From the IMG/VR virus record IMGVR_UViG_3300042562_001169: 64,000 bases of DNA; one strand, given 5' to 3'. Positions 27,331 through 35,981 of the stretch are shown piece after piece (the first letter of the stretch is position 1; each line of letters begins with the position of its first letter). The DNA comes from a virus. Its lineage: Duplodnaviria > Heunggongvirae > Uroviricota > Caudoviricetes. A model generated the notes under the pieces. That model did no database searches. It saw only the letters and a list, made by a program, of their open reading frames with translations, and was not told where the DNA came from. The position numbers and the translations under genes are program-made.

Positions 27331-27744
27331 ATGAGTTTACAAGATACCATAAGAAGAATATTAAGAGAGGAATCCTATTCTCCGGCGAGTGATGAATATA
27401 CTCCGGGGGAATATATTGTTCATAAATCAAATCCTATATGGAGAGACAACATAGAACTTACCGGATTACAAACATCGGTGGGGGAATGTTATCAATCACA
27501 CGTCGGTGACGATGAAGAATGTAAACCATCCATATTTGCAACAGATTCATTAGATGAAAAAGATATGTTTGATTCCACATATGACGATGACATTTGGATT
27601 ATCAATACGGAATGTGCCGGGGTTACTTGGTATAAAGACAAACATTTTGATGGTGGATATTACAAACATCATATAGTTACATTCGAGAACATATCACCGG
27701 ACTGTCTTAGATTATTATATAAAGGAACGGGGAAAAGTTATTAA
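27331..27744 (+). CDS. family paralog (MSLQDTIRRILREESYSPA)
   Basis: Tandem array member. Confidence 0.5.
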   Translation: MSLQDTIRRILREESYSPASDEYTPGEYIVHKSNPIWRDNIELTGLQTSVGECYQSHVGDDEECKPSIFATDSLDEKDMFDSTYDDDIWIINTECAGVTWYKDKHFDGGYYKHHIVTFENISPDCLRLLYKGTGKSY

Positions 27745-27812
27745 TGTATATTATAATATACAAAACACAATAAAAACGGGGATAATGTATATTATAGTAT
27801 ACATTTAACACT

Positions 27813-28070
27813 ATGGAGGCAGTATTAAAAATAGTAGATAAGTTAATAGATAAATTCATATTACCTATGGATGATGATATTATGGAATATCACATAACAT
27901 CATATGATGATACAATAGAGATTACATTTTGGATGGCAGGAACCGAATCGGAAGTTGAGGAGGAGATTGTGGAAGAATGTTGGACCGTTTTAAGTACACT
28001 TGGTTCAATACCCTACAGATTTTTATTTAGATTCACTACAGAGGGGGACAATTTCTACGAATACTCATAA
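27813..28070 (+). CDS. hypothetical acidic protein
   Basis: ORF. Confidence 0.4.
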   Translation: MEAVLKIVDKLIDKFILPMDDDIMEYHITSYDDTIEITFWMAGTESEVEEEIVEECWTVLSTLGSIPYRFLFRFTTEGDNFYEYS

Positions 28071-28122
28071 TATAAGTCCTAAACCTTATAAACCACTAAT
28101 ATAAGTCCTAAACCTTATAAAC
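28068..28122. repeat. perfect 26-nt direct repeat x2 (taatataagtcctaaaccttataaac) with a 3-nt spacer
   Basis: Copies at 28068-28093 and 28097-28122, in a convergent intergenic region. Confidence 0.8.
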
Positions 28123-28128
28123 GTGGGA

Positions 28129-28482
28129 TTAATCAATATGATATTTAGTGATATGATATCTACCACATTTATTACAATGCCAAGTAGTATATACAACCTT
28201 TTCAACGTGTAGATTATATCTTTCCATAAACCAAGGGATAAAGATATCGTTTATATCATAACCACTTGTAACACCAAACATAGATACTAATTGATTTGAT
28301 ATCTCCTCAGATAATTCAACTATTCCATTATCACGATTAAATGTGAAAGACATATCGTCACCACTATCTTTATAGATAATAAATCTATGACCAACGGAAT
28401 ACTTCCTTAAGTTACCATAGTCCATATCCAACCATTTGGTAACGACATTTTTTCTCTTGTTCTCTGTGATTATTACTTTCAT
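28129..28482 (-). CDS. MKIIITE-family paralog (MKVIITENKRKNVVTKWLDMDYG; C-term PWFMERYNLHVEKVV plus CNKCGRYH ribbon)
   Basis: Carries both the N-terminal and the C-terminal family motifs. Confidence 0.55.
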   Translation of the reverse strand: MKVIITENKRKNVVTKWLDMDYGNLRKYSVGHRFIIYKDSGDDMSFTFNRDNGIVELSEEISNQLVSMFGVTSGYDINDIFIPWFMERYNLHVEKVVYTTWHCNKCGRYHITKYHID

Positions 28483-28784
28483 ATTTGTTCTACTCTATGA
28501 CATTTCTTGGCTCTAAACCCAAACTTTTTATTACCCCAATCCAATAACAACTCACTAACTTCATCGTTATCAAATCCGAACATACTACGGATAAAATCCC
28601 ATATTTCATTTAAAACATAGAATCCTTTTACTCTACTGTTGTAAAGCATTTTGAACATTCCCTTATCGGATATGAATACTCCTTCGTGTGAGGGGAATAT
28701 CATCTTTTTTAAGTCGGGATATTCCTCTTCTAACCAATTAATGGCGAGACGGATTCGTTTGTTCTCTGTGATTATAATCTTCAT
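28479..28784 (-). CDS. MKIIITE-family paralog (MKIIITENKRIRLAINWLEEEYPD)
   Basis: Coupled to 28129-28482. Confidence 0.55.
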   Translation of the reverse strand: MKIIITENKRIRLAINWLEEEYPDLKKMIFPSHEGVFISDKGMFKMLYNSRVKGFYVLNEIWDFIRSMFGFDNDEVSELLLDWGNKKFGFRAKKCHRVEQI

Positions 28785-29035
28785 ATCAAATAAATATCTA
28801 ACAAAGATAAAACATTTTATTGATTATCCGGGGGGAATTATATATAATTAGAGTATGGAAGAATTAACATTATTAGAAGCGTTATGTATTGTGAGAACAG
28901 GTTTTGCCACAGAGGAGGAAAAACAACTTCTTTTTATGGCGGAAGATGTTATACAACAGGAAAGTAGAAGGTTACACTTAATATATAGAAAAGCGTTAAT
29001 AGAAAACGAACTAAAACAAATAAATAAATAATACT

Positions 29036-29659
29036 ATGGAATTAATAGAATCGTTACAGTGGAGATATGCCACCAAGAAAATGAATGGGGACAAAATCCC
29101 ACAAGATAAATTAGAAAGAATCTTAGAGGCGACAAGATTGGCTCCGAGTTCATATGGGTTAACACCGTATCAGGTAATCGTGGTGGAGGACCAAGAATTA
29201 AAGGAGAGATTGGTGGGAGCTTGTTACGGACAAACTCAATTAAAGGATTCATCAGCTGTATTGGTATTTGCGGTGTGGGACGAGATTACTGAATGGGCGG
29301 TGGAGAATTATATCAATGATATTGCAAACCAAAGAAATATCCCGGTAAATGTATTAGAGGATTTCAAAGGAATGATGATAGGGACAATCTCCAATATGAC
29401 GGAGGAACAAAAACAAACGTGGGCTCAGAAACAAACGTATATAGGATTAGGATTCTCATTAGTAGCATCAGCAGTAGAAGGTGTGGATTCAACTCCAATG
29501 GAGGGATTCTTACCTAATAAAGTAGATGAGGTATTAGGATTAAGAGAATTAGGATTAAAGTCTACATTAGTTCTTACATTAGGATATAGAGATACAGAAG
29601 GAGATTCATTATCTACAATGAAGAAGATAAGAAGAGATAATCTATTCATCAGAAAATAA
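29036..29659 (+). CDS. NAD(P)H nitroreductase family protein
   Basis: RLAPSSYGLTPYQVIVV ... IGLGFSLVASAVEGVDSTPMEGF matches the nitroreductase fold. GC content and codon usage are higher than the flanks. Confidence 0.75.
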   Translation: MELIESLQWRYATKKMNGDKIPQDKLERILEATRLAPSSYGLTPYQVIVVEDQELKERLVGACYGQTQLKDSSAVLVFAVWDEITEWAVENYINDIANQRNIPVNVLEDFKGMMIGTISNMTEEQKQTWAQKQTYIGLGFSLVASAVEGVDSTPMEGFLPNKVDEVLGLRELGLKSTLVLTLGYRDTEGDSLSTMKKIRRDNLFIRK

Positions 29660-29671
29660 TAGATAGAAAGA

Positions 29672-29700
29672 ACCTCACCAATTAAAGGTGGGGTTTTTTA
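29672..29700 (+). terminator. rho-independent terminator
   Basis: cctcaccaattaaaggtgggg followed by tttttt. Confidence 0.7.
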
Positions 29701-30581
29701 TTATAAGATAAAATACTAAACGATAAATCTATTCGTTCATAGTCCTACACTCCGTTCCGGAATTCACTCATAGTTTCATCCTTTACTATTTTCTTATGTA
29801 TAAGAAATCCATTTATTTATACACGTCAACTTCCATATGTATAAAAAACTCAATAATTTATACATAACAGTTTACAGTTTACTATAAACAGTCAATAGTA
29901 AACAATCCCCCCACTTATACCGGGGGAACAGAGTTCCCCCCTCTGAAGAAGGGGACAATAAAGGGACACGATTAGTTATCCGGTATGGTGTTCATTATTA
30001 ATGAATGTTCATTTGCAATGAACAATAAGATTAAATGAACATTGTAATGGATATTACGGTAACTTGTATTACGGTATCGATTAAAAAGTTATGTTTTGTA
30101 TCAATACAGTCAGTTTTAAACTCACAAGAGTGATACGAAACATAAGTTTTAATGGTATTTTGTGTCTCTATGGTGTCCCATATATAAATCATTTAGTTCG
30201 TCCATTGTAGGGTATTTAATTGTCCCCTAACGGTTCGTTGAAGTAATCTTCCTAACACCTAACGGTTCCCACGCATCATACACCATTACTGACATTTATC
30301 GCTGGGAAACACCTATAGTAAAATAATTAGTCCTGAGAGTATCGTCAGGGGGAAAAAATTGACTTCTCACTATGCTGGAACACAATAATGGTGGGAGAAA
30401 GTGGTAAACTAAGGTAAGTCTGTGGTATTAAAAGGGGGAAAAGGATTATCCCCAATGACGAAAGAGACTGACATTTTGTCAAAAACAAGAATTTTAACAT
30501 AAAAAGTTATTAACAATTCCCCCTGACAGTGTTGATAAGTGGATTGTTGATAACTATATTTAGAAAAAGTTATTAACAATT

Positions 30582-30875
30582 ATGGTACCAAAACAATACT
30601 TAACCGGATTTACCCCTACTGTCAGTGTGTCAGGTGATACATATATAGTGGATTATGAGATAGGGGAATGTGTATACACCTATTCGAGGGTGGGGAAAAG
30701 AATAAAACAGGAGGTCCTTCAACTTATCAAATGTGATATGTGGAAGGTGATTACATTAATTAATGAGGACAACCAATTAGACGAGGGGGATTATAGGGAT
30801 ATCAATATGGAAATCCGGAATCATTCCCTACGTTATGTGACTGAGTTTATAAATGGTCAGAGTCTTCATCTATAA
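30582..30875 (+). CDS. hypothetical protein (island gene, atypical codon usage)
   Basis: ORF inside the C-tract-rich island. Uses ccc/ggg/cta codons that are rare elsewhere in the window. Confidence 0.35.
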   Translation: MVPKQYLTGFTPTVSVSGDTYIVDYEIGECVYTYSRVGKRIKQEVLQLIKCDMWKVITLINEDNQLDEGDYRDINMEIRNHSLRYVTEFINGQSLHL

Positions 30876-31326
30876 TAGTTCTCTTCCACCACTTCAGGAA
30901 CTTGTTATCCGGAGAAAGGTGGGGGATGATAAGTTTGTCTATCAATATCATTATGATGGATAGAGAACCCATTACCATTAGGAAGATTAAAAATGTCAAC
31001 ATAGTTTATATTATTAAGAGTTACCGGTGATAATCACCGTCAATTAGTAAAGATACAAATAAATTATGACATTCTCAACAAAAGGGGGGATTGTTTAATA
31101 ATAATATTAAATAAAAAAAATAAACCCTTAGTGTGATTATGAGATTCGTAATAAAATGGGGGATTTATATAAAAAATATAAAGCAGGTTGGAGTCTACTC
31201 TTCCACCACTCGGTCCGCCCCCTGTCGGGTTGATTACCGATTCAGTGATACAAATATACGACTAATAATTTACACCACCAAACAAAACCGGGGATTATTT
31301 AATATTATTTCAATATATTTATCTGT

Positions 31327-31809
31327 ATGGCAAAAGAAGAAACACCAAAGGACATTACCCCAAAGAAAAGAAGGGGAATAGATATTGCAGTCAATGGACT
31401 AAGAAAGACATATCCATTTGTAATAGGGTATGAGGATGACCCGGGAGACCAATACGCAGCATCACACTACATTGATTTAATAATAGACCTACAGAAACTA
31501 TCTGACTATATGGATGTTCCTGTTAATCCCTATTGGGTGAACTTCGCAAGTCATCCGGACTATAGAAGGATATACTCCTTATGGTCCTACCTGAAGTTCC
31601 CCGAGGAAATTGAGGTTACATATGATAGAGACATATCAAACCATCCCGGATATAAATTGGGGAAGGATGTAATCTATCTACTTGAATCTATATATGAATA
31701 CATCCCCGAGGAATACAAACTGTTCTATGAGTTCACCTCTGAGTTTGCCCCCGACAAACCTATGACACTCCCCGTGACTCTAAAGGTTAACGGATACATT
31801 ATGACATAA
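31327..31809 (+). CDS. hypothetical protein (island gene, atypical codon usage)
   Basis: ORF preceded by atatatttatctgt. ccc/aga/ata-rich codon usage. Confidence 0.45.
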   Translation: MAKEETPKDITPKKRRGIDIAVNGLRKTYPFVIGYEDDPGDQYAASHYIDLIIDLQKLSDYMDVPVNPYWVNFASHPDYRRIYSLWSYLKFPEEIEVTYDRDISNHPGYKLGKDVIYLLESIYEYIPEEYKLFYEFTSEFAPDKPMTLPVTLKVNGYIMT

Positions 31810-31901
31810 GGTCATGTTCATAACCTGTTGATAACTTCTTATCATAAGTTATTAACAACTGTCACCCTGTCATGTTGATAACTTTATTTGGATATATCGA
31901 A

Positions 31902-31935
31902 TACACTCCCTACCCCCCTATAATTACATAGGGGG
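31902..31935 (+). terminator. rho-independent terminator
   Basis: cccccctataattacatagggggttttttt. Confidence 0.55.
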
Positions 31936-32040
31936 TTTTTTTGACCCCTCCCCGGTAAACACCCCCCATACCCCCTCCCTTACTACCGTGGGGGTATCCC
32001 CCCTCCCCTCCCTCCCCCTATAATAGTCCAAATAGGGGGG
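31936..32040. repeat. C-tract-rich structured segment (G-quadruplex/i-motif-capable: G5-A-G3-A-G4-A-G6 on the minus strand)
   Basis: gacccctccccggtaaacaccccccataccccctcccttactaccgtgggggtatcccccctcccctccctccccctataatagtccaaatagggggg. Confidence 0.6.
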
Positions 32041-32175
32041 ATAATCCCTTCTGCAACGTCTAAGGGTAAAAAAAACTTTATATGAAAATCGTTTTAAAAT
32101 TTCTAAAAAAATTTTTGGGAAAAAATCCCCCCAATTAATGGGGTGTCCGGATAGTGAAAAAAAATTTTTGGAAAA

Positions 32176-32207
32176 ATTTGGTGGGAATTATGGAATGTAT
32201 TATCTTT
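32176..32207 (+). promoter_or_regulatory. Bacteroidota-type promoter (TTTG ...20 nt... TAtcTTTG)
   Basis: -33 element at 32176-32179 and -7 element at 32200-32207, upstream of the 32222 ORF. Confidence 0.5.
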
Positions 32208-32221
32208 GTAAAAAATAAGAT

Positions 32222-32470
32222 ATGGGAAAAGAAACGGTTGAGCAGGGGTTTGATAGAATATACGATTCAATGGATTTTACTGAATTTTGTTTTCCTTCAT
32301 TTAAGTTGGGGGTTAAATGGGAACAAGAACAAAATGGTTTAACTATGGATGAGGGGATTGACTTTGGTAAGGAGTTATCTAAATGGGGTTACAATAAGGG
32401 TAATTCAATTGATGTTGAGATTTTGGTTAATGAGATACTTCCGGATTTATTCAAACAATTTAATAAATAA
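32222..32470 (+). CDS. hypothetical small protein
   Basis: ORF after the promoter. Confidence 0.4.
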   Translation: MGKETVEQGFDRIYDSMDFTEFCFPSFKLGVKWEQEQNGLTMDEGIDFGKELSKWGYNKGNSIDVEILVNEILPDLFKQFNK

Positions 32471-32473
32471 GAT

Positions 32474-33229
32474 ATGAGAAATATATTTTTAATCCCCACT
32501 TCAATGGAGAGTAGATTGTGGAGGGATTTGGATTCCAATAAATTGACGTTTGAAAATTTATCGAAACCCAATAGTAATGAATGTACCAAGTGTTCCAATG
32601 AGTATGTGTATATTACCTCTGATGAGAAATTTGTTAGAGATGAATATATAACTGATGGACTTGAGGTAATTAAGGCAACACCAAAGTTGGTTGATGCTCA
32701 AGGATTGGTTAATAGAAGAGAATGGAAGAAAATCGTTATGACCAATGACTTGGAATTAACTGAGAATGGTATTCAACAGATTGGGGATTTATTTTTCCGA
32801 TGGTTTGTTTTGAATCCTACCTGTGAGGAAGTTGAGATTGGTAAAACCAATAAACTCCTTGATGTATATGAGGACAAGTGGGAAGTGAGATATCACATTT
32901 ACGATATACACGAGAAACCGAAAAAGAATTTCTATTGTGGGGATGAGGTTGACTATGGGGAACAGTGTGACTTTCAATGTGAGAGATGTGTTAATTGTAC
33001 CGGAGTTGATTATGGATATCTTCCAAAGGAGGATTTGGGTTATACCACTAAGATTGGGATTAAGGTTGTCGATGGTATGGTTAGACCTCTTATGGTTCCA
33101 AAGAAATATTTTGGTGAAGTTGAACATATACATTATAGTTCGGTATTTGATTGGTTATCTAAAAAGGATTACCTATCTGATAAACGAGAAGATATACAGA
33201 GAGAGTTTGAACAATACTTAAATAAATAA
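32474..33229 (+). CDS. hypothetical Cys-rich protein (CGDEVDYGEQCDFQCERCVNC)
   Basis: ORF; terminator downstream. Confidence 0.45.
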   Translation: MRNIFLIPTSMESRLWRDLDSNKLTFENLSKPNSNECTKCSNEYVYITSDEKFVRDEYITDGLEVIKATPKLVDAQGLVNRREWKKIVMTNDLELTENGIQQIGDLFFRWFVLNPTCEEVEIGKTNKLLDVYEDKWEVRYHIYDIHEKPKKNFYCGDEVDYGEQCDFQCERCVNCTGVDYGYLPKEDLGYTTKIGIKVVDGMVRPLMVPKKYFGEVEHIHYSSVFDWLSKKDYLSDKREDIQREFEQYLNK

Positions 33230-33239
33230 TATTGATATA

Positions 33240-33267
33240 CCCCCGCTTATGTAGTTGGGGGTTTTTT
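33240..33267 (+). terminator. rho-independent terminator
   Basis: cccccgcttatgtagttggggg followed by tttttt. Confidence 0.7.
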
Positions 33268-33324
33268 ATTTGACATTGGGGATATAATTGATTATTCTTT
33301 AATTCCATAAGGTATATAACAATT

Positions 33325-33732
33325 ATGGTAAAAACAAAATCAATTTCGTTTCTCAAATACAATAGGTTTGAGTTCGGAGAACAAATCGTTAGTCAATTCG
33401 TGGTCTTTGAATGTAAGTGGCTATTCTCAATCATCTTCTTTTATTTTCATAAATCTCTTGGTAGTCAGGATAGGTTTCATACCCACGCTTTTAACGCGTG
33501 GTCTGTAAAACTGTTTGGGGGATATGATGAGCACATCTTGGATGACGAGGTTGGTGGGGAATATCATATTGTTAGACGTGAGAAGGTCTTGGTTTACTTC
33601 CCCCGGGATTCGTATCATCGGATATCTAATAGTGATGGATGTATGACGGTATTGTTCTCGGGTCCTTGGAAAAAGACTTGGAAGGAATATGTTAATGGGG
33701 AAGTTGTTCACTACGGTTGGGGTCGGGAATGA
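33325..33732 (+). CDS. hypothetical protein (135 aa; higher GC)
   Basis: ORF followed immediately by copy 1 of the 43-bp GC-rich repeat. Confidence 0.4.
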   Translation: MVKTKSISFLKYNRFEFGEQIVSQFVVFECKWLFSIIFFYFHKSLGSQDRFHTHAFNAWSVKLFGGYDEHILDDEVGGEYHIVRREKVLVYFPRDSYHRISNSDGCMTVLFSGPWKKTWKEYVNGEVVHYGWGRE

Positions 33733-33743
33733 CGGACCTCTGA

Positions 33744-33786
33744 CCACCCGAACTCCCTCCGGTCGTATTCAAATCCCCCCGCCCCC
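33744..33786 (+). repeat. 43-bp GC-rich direct repeat, copy 1 (ccacccgaactccctccggtcgtattcaaatccccccgccccc)
   Basis: 41/43 identical to the copy at 35897-35938. Both copies sit directly after stop codons. Confidence 0.85.
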
Positions 33787-33803
33787 TTTTTTTGAAAAAA
33801 TAT

Positions 33804-33834
33804 TTGTTAATATAAACTTTTTATATTATCTTTG
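33804..33834 (+). promoter_or_regulatory. Bacteroidota-type promoter (TTG ...20 nt... TAtcTTTG)
   Basis: -7 box at 33827-33834, upstream of the 33855 gene. Confidence 0.5.
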
Positions 33835-33854
33835 TGGTATTAAAATAAACTACT

Positions 33855-34931
33855 ATGATAAATCAGGAATTATTGGCTGAGGCAACAAATAAATTTAAGA
33901 CATCGAATGACGACATTAAGTTAGAGGGGAATATTATTGACCTATTGATGAAATGTTATATTAAGTATGACCCATCAAAGAGGGGGAATACTCTTCAGAA
34001 GTTGATTATCGAATATTTGGGTAAAGACGTTCTTACGATTCCGGCTACTTGGAACTGTGGGGACTTTGCGTTGGGTGTAGAATCATTCAAGGGGAATAAG
34101 TTATTGAGTAAGATTTTAAAGAAATTGGATTATATCATTGGGGAGACTAAGGTTAAGGATTCTAAATCTATGATAAAGATGAGAAATGACATTATTCAAA
34201 GATTCTTTGAAATTGTTTCAACCTTCTATGAGATTAAGACATCTTATTTGAATGATAAGGGTTCCTACACAATTGGGAACATTAGGACATATCAGAATTA
34301 TCACAACTTGATTGTTTTATTGGTTGACTGTGAGGATTCGTTTAATTATAAACTTCTTTCAATTCCGAAGGAGGATTTAAAGGAGTTTAAGATGCACCAC
34401 CAACACGGAACTAAGGAATCTAACAATGATACAAAGAACCCCCATTTATCGTTTCACGTTAAGAAGGGTTCTGATATTGAAGATAGTTTAAAGAAGTGGG
34501 AGTTACCGGGAGGTTTTGAGGGATTGAACAAGGTATGTAAGATTCAAAGTAGTAAAGTTCGTAGAAATAGTTCAAAGTTGACAAAGGAACAATATGATTA
34601 CATCATAAATGATGAGGTTAAGTTATTCTTTAGTGAACGTGGTTTTGAGGATTATGTAATTGACAATGAGATTGACATTATTCCGTATATCTACAAGAAA
34701 TTCCGTAACATTAAGAAAAGTTCATATAGTAGAGGGGAATCTTATTGGGAGAATGACATGGGTGAGGTTTTATTTTATTATCAGAACCGGTCTTACATTG
34801 TATATGATAGTGTACTTGAGGATATATCTGAAAAGTTTAATTTAACTTATAAGGATGTTATGAATTATCTATCCGTATATTTTGATTTGAGGTATCCTAA
34901 TTTGAAACACTATCAGGTTTTGGAGAATTAG
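33855..34931 (+). CDS. hypothetical 358-aa protein with a possible N-terminal PD-(D/E)xK nuclease motif (E53 ... D70 ... E97-x-K99)
   Basis: ...NCGDFALG ... DYIIGETKVK... has spacing compatible with the restriction-endonuclease-like fold. Motif-level evidence only. Confidence 0.5.
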   Translation: MINQELLAEATNKFKTSNDDIKLEGNIIDLLMKCYIKYDPSKRGNTLQKLIIEYLGKDVLTIPATWNCGDFALGVESFKGNKLLSKILKKLDYIIGETKVKDSKSMIKMRNDIIQRFFEIVSTFYEIKTSYLNDKGSYTIGNIRTYQNYHNLIVLLVDCEDSFNYKLLSIPKEDLKEFKMHHQHGTKESNNDTKNPHLSFHVKKGSDIEDSLKKWELPGGFEGLNKVCKIQSSKVRRNSSKLTKEQYDYIINDEVKLFFSERGFEDYVIDNEIDIIPYIYKKFRNIKKSSYSRGESYWENDMGEVLFYYQNRSYIVYDSVLEDISEKFNLTYKDVMNYLSVYFDLRYPNLKHYQVLEN

Positions 34932-34941
34932 ATATATTGAA

Positions 34942-34972
34942 CCCCCCGCTTTTATTGGTTGGGGGTTTTTTA
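34942..34972 (+). terminator. rho-independent terminator
   Basis: accccccgcttttattggttggggg followed by tttttt. Confidence 0.7.
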
Positions 34973-35011
34973 TTTGAAATTAATTGTTTATACTTAAGAA
35001 AAAAAGTTATT

Positions 35012-35437
35012 ATGAAAAAGTTATTGTTATTATTTGCTCTGTTGTTGATGATTGGGTGTAATATGCCTGTTTATAAAACATATCACACAGATAAAATTTA
35101 TTTAAGACAATTGGTGAATCGTGATGTTACGGAAACTCATACTTCGGGTTCGTTCTTTTTGATTGCCGGTTCGGTTAGTTCGGATAGTGAAACCCAAACT
35201 GTTATAAAAGTTATGGGTGAGGTTAATGGTGAATATCGTTTTATGCAATTTGATTTTACTAAAGCAAGAATCAAAATTGATAATAAGGTCACCACCCCAT
35301 ATATTGTTTTGAATTATGTGGACGATGAAAATAAATCAGTTGATTACTTATTGGAATACGATTACAACGTAAAGTCCGTTACCATTATTTGTCCGGAACA
35401 ATATTTACCTGAGAAATTATTACCAATTCAAATATAG
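35012..35437 (+). CDS. small lipoprotein (MKKLLLLFALLLMIGC...)
   Basis: The internal ATG at 35012 gives a classic signal peptide with Cys lipobox. The track start at 34937 lies inside the terminator. Confidence 0.5.
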   Translation: MKKLLLLFALLLMIGCNMPVYKTYHTDKIYLRQLVNRDVTETHTSGSFFLIAGSVSSDSETQTVIKVMGEVNGEYRFMQFDFTKARIKIDNKVTTPYIVLNYVDDENKSVDYLLEYDYNVKSVTIICPEQYLPEKLLPIQI

Positions 35438-35444
35438 AGATATT

Positions 35445-35894
35445 ATGGAAAACGAAGATAATATAATAAACCTTGCCAACTTTTATGATGGACCTTATGG
35501 TGGTGTTCCATCTCGGATTGCAACACCTCAACCCACCTTTAATGAGTTCCCGGATAACAAGGAAATTGATGTCCCCGAAAAATTAAAGGATGTTGTTAAG
35601 AAGATGTGTCCCGAGATTTTGAATATTGTTTCGGTTGGGTATAGAGAACAAACTGTTTATAACCCTATGAACTTTGAACCGGTATACAAGTATTTGGTTG
35701 GTGTTGATTTATATTTTGATAATCATAATGGAATGAAAAAAGGTAAACACGAATATAGTAAGGAAATTGATGATTATTTTAAAATGACATACGGTAGTGA
35801 GATGGATTTTATATCCTTTCACGTTCAGTCATTTATCTTTCCCCCCGAGAAGACCACTAAGGACAAGTTCTTTGAGTTGTTTGGTAAGGTGTAA
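35445..35894 (+). CDS. hypothetical protein (149 aa)
   Basis: ORF followed by copy 2 of the GC-rich repeat. Confidence 0.45.
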   Translation: MENEDNIINLANFYDGPYGGVPSRIATPQPTFNEFPDNKEIDVPEKLKDVVKKMCPEILNIVSVGYREQTVYNPMNFEPVYKYLVGVDLYFDNHNGMKKGKHEYSKEIDDYFKMTYGSEMDFISFHVQSFIFPPEKTTKDKFFELFGKV

Positions 35895-35896
35895 CC

Positions 35897-35938
35897 CCAC
35901 CCGAACTCCCTCCGGTCGATTTCAAATCCCCCCGCCCC
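35897..35938 (+). repeat. 43-bp GC-rich direct repeat, copy 2
   Basis: ccacccgaactccctccggtcgatttcaaatccccccgcccc. Confidence 0.85.
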
Positions 35939-35981
35939 TTTTATTTTGGAGTTGGGGGATATTTATTATAAAAGATATATT

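Noticed and set aside
29700-30580. CRISPR array, retron msr/msd or group I intron in the ORF-free island
   Set aside because: Repeats are short, non-periodic and dissimilar. There is no cas, reverse-transcriptase or interrupted-host-gene context. No intron-split gene was seen; thyA is intact.
33427-33880. ORFs 33427-33747 (-), 33689-33880 (+) and 35797-36009 (+)
   Set aside because: These are translations of the 43-bp GC-rich repeat and terminators (TTRTPSGRIQIPPPP / TRTPSGRFQIPPP). The shared peptide is an artefact of the DNA repeat.
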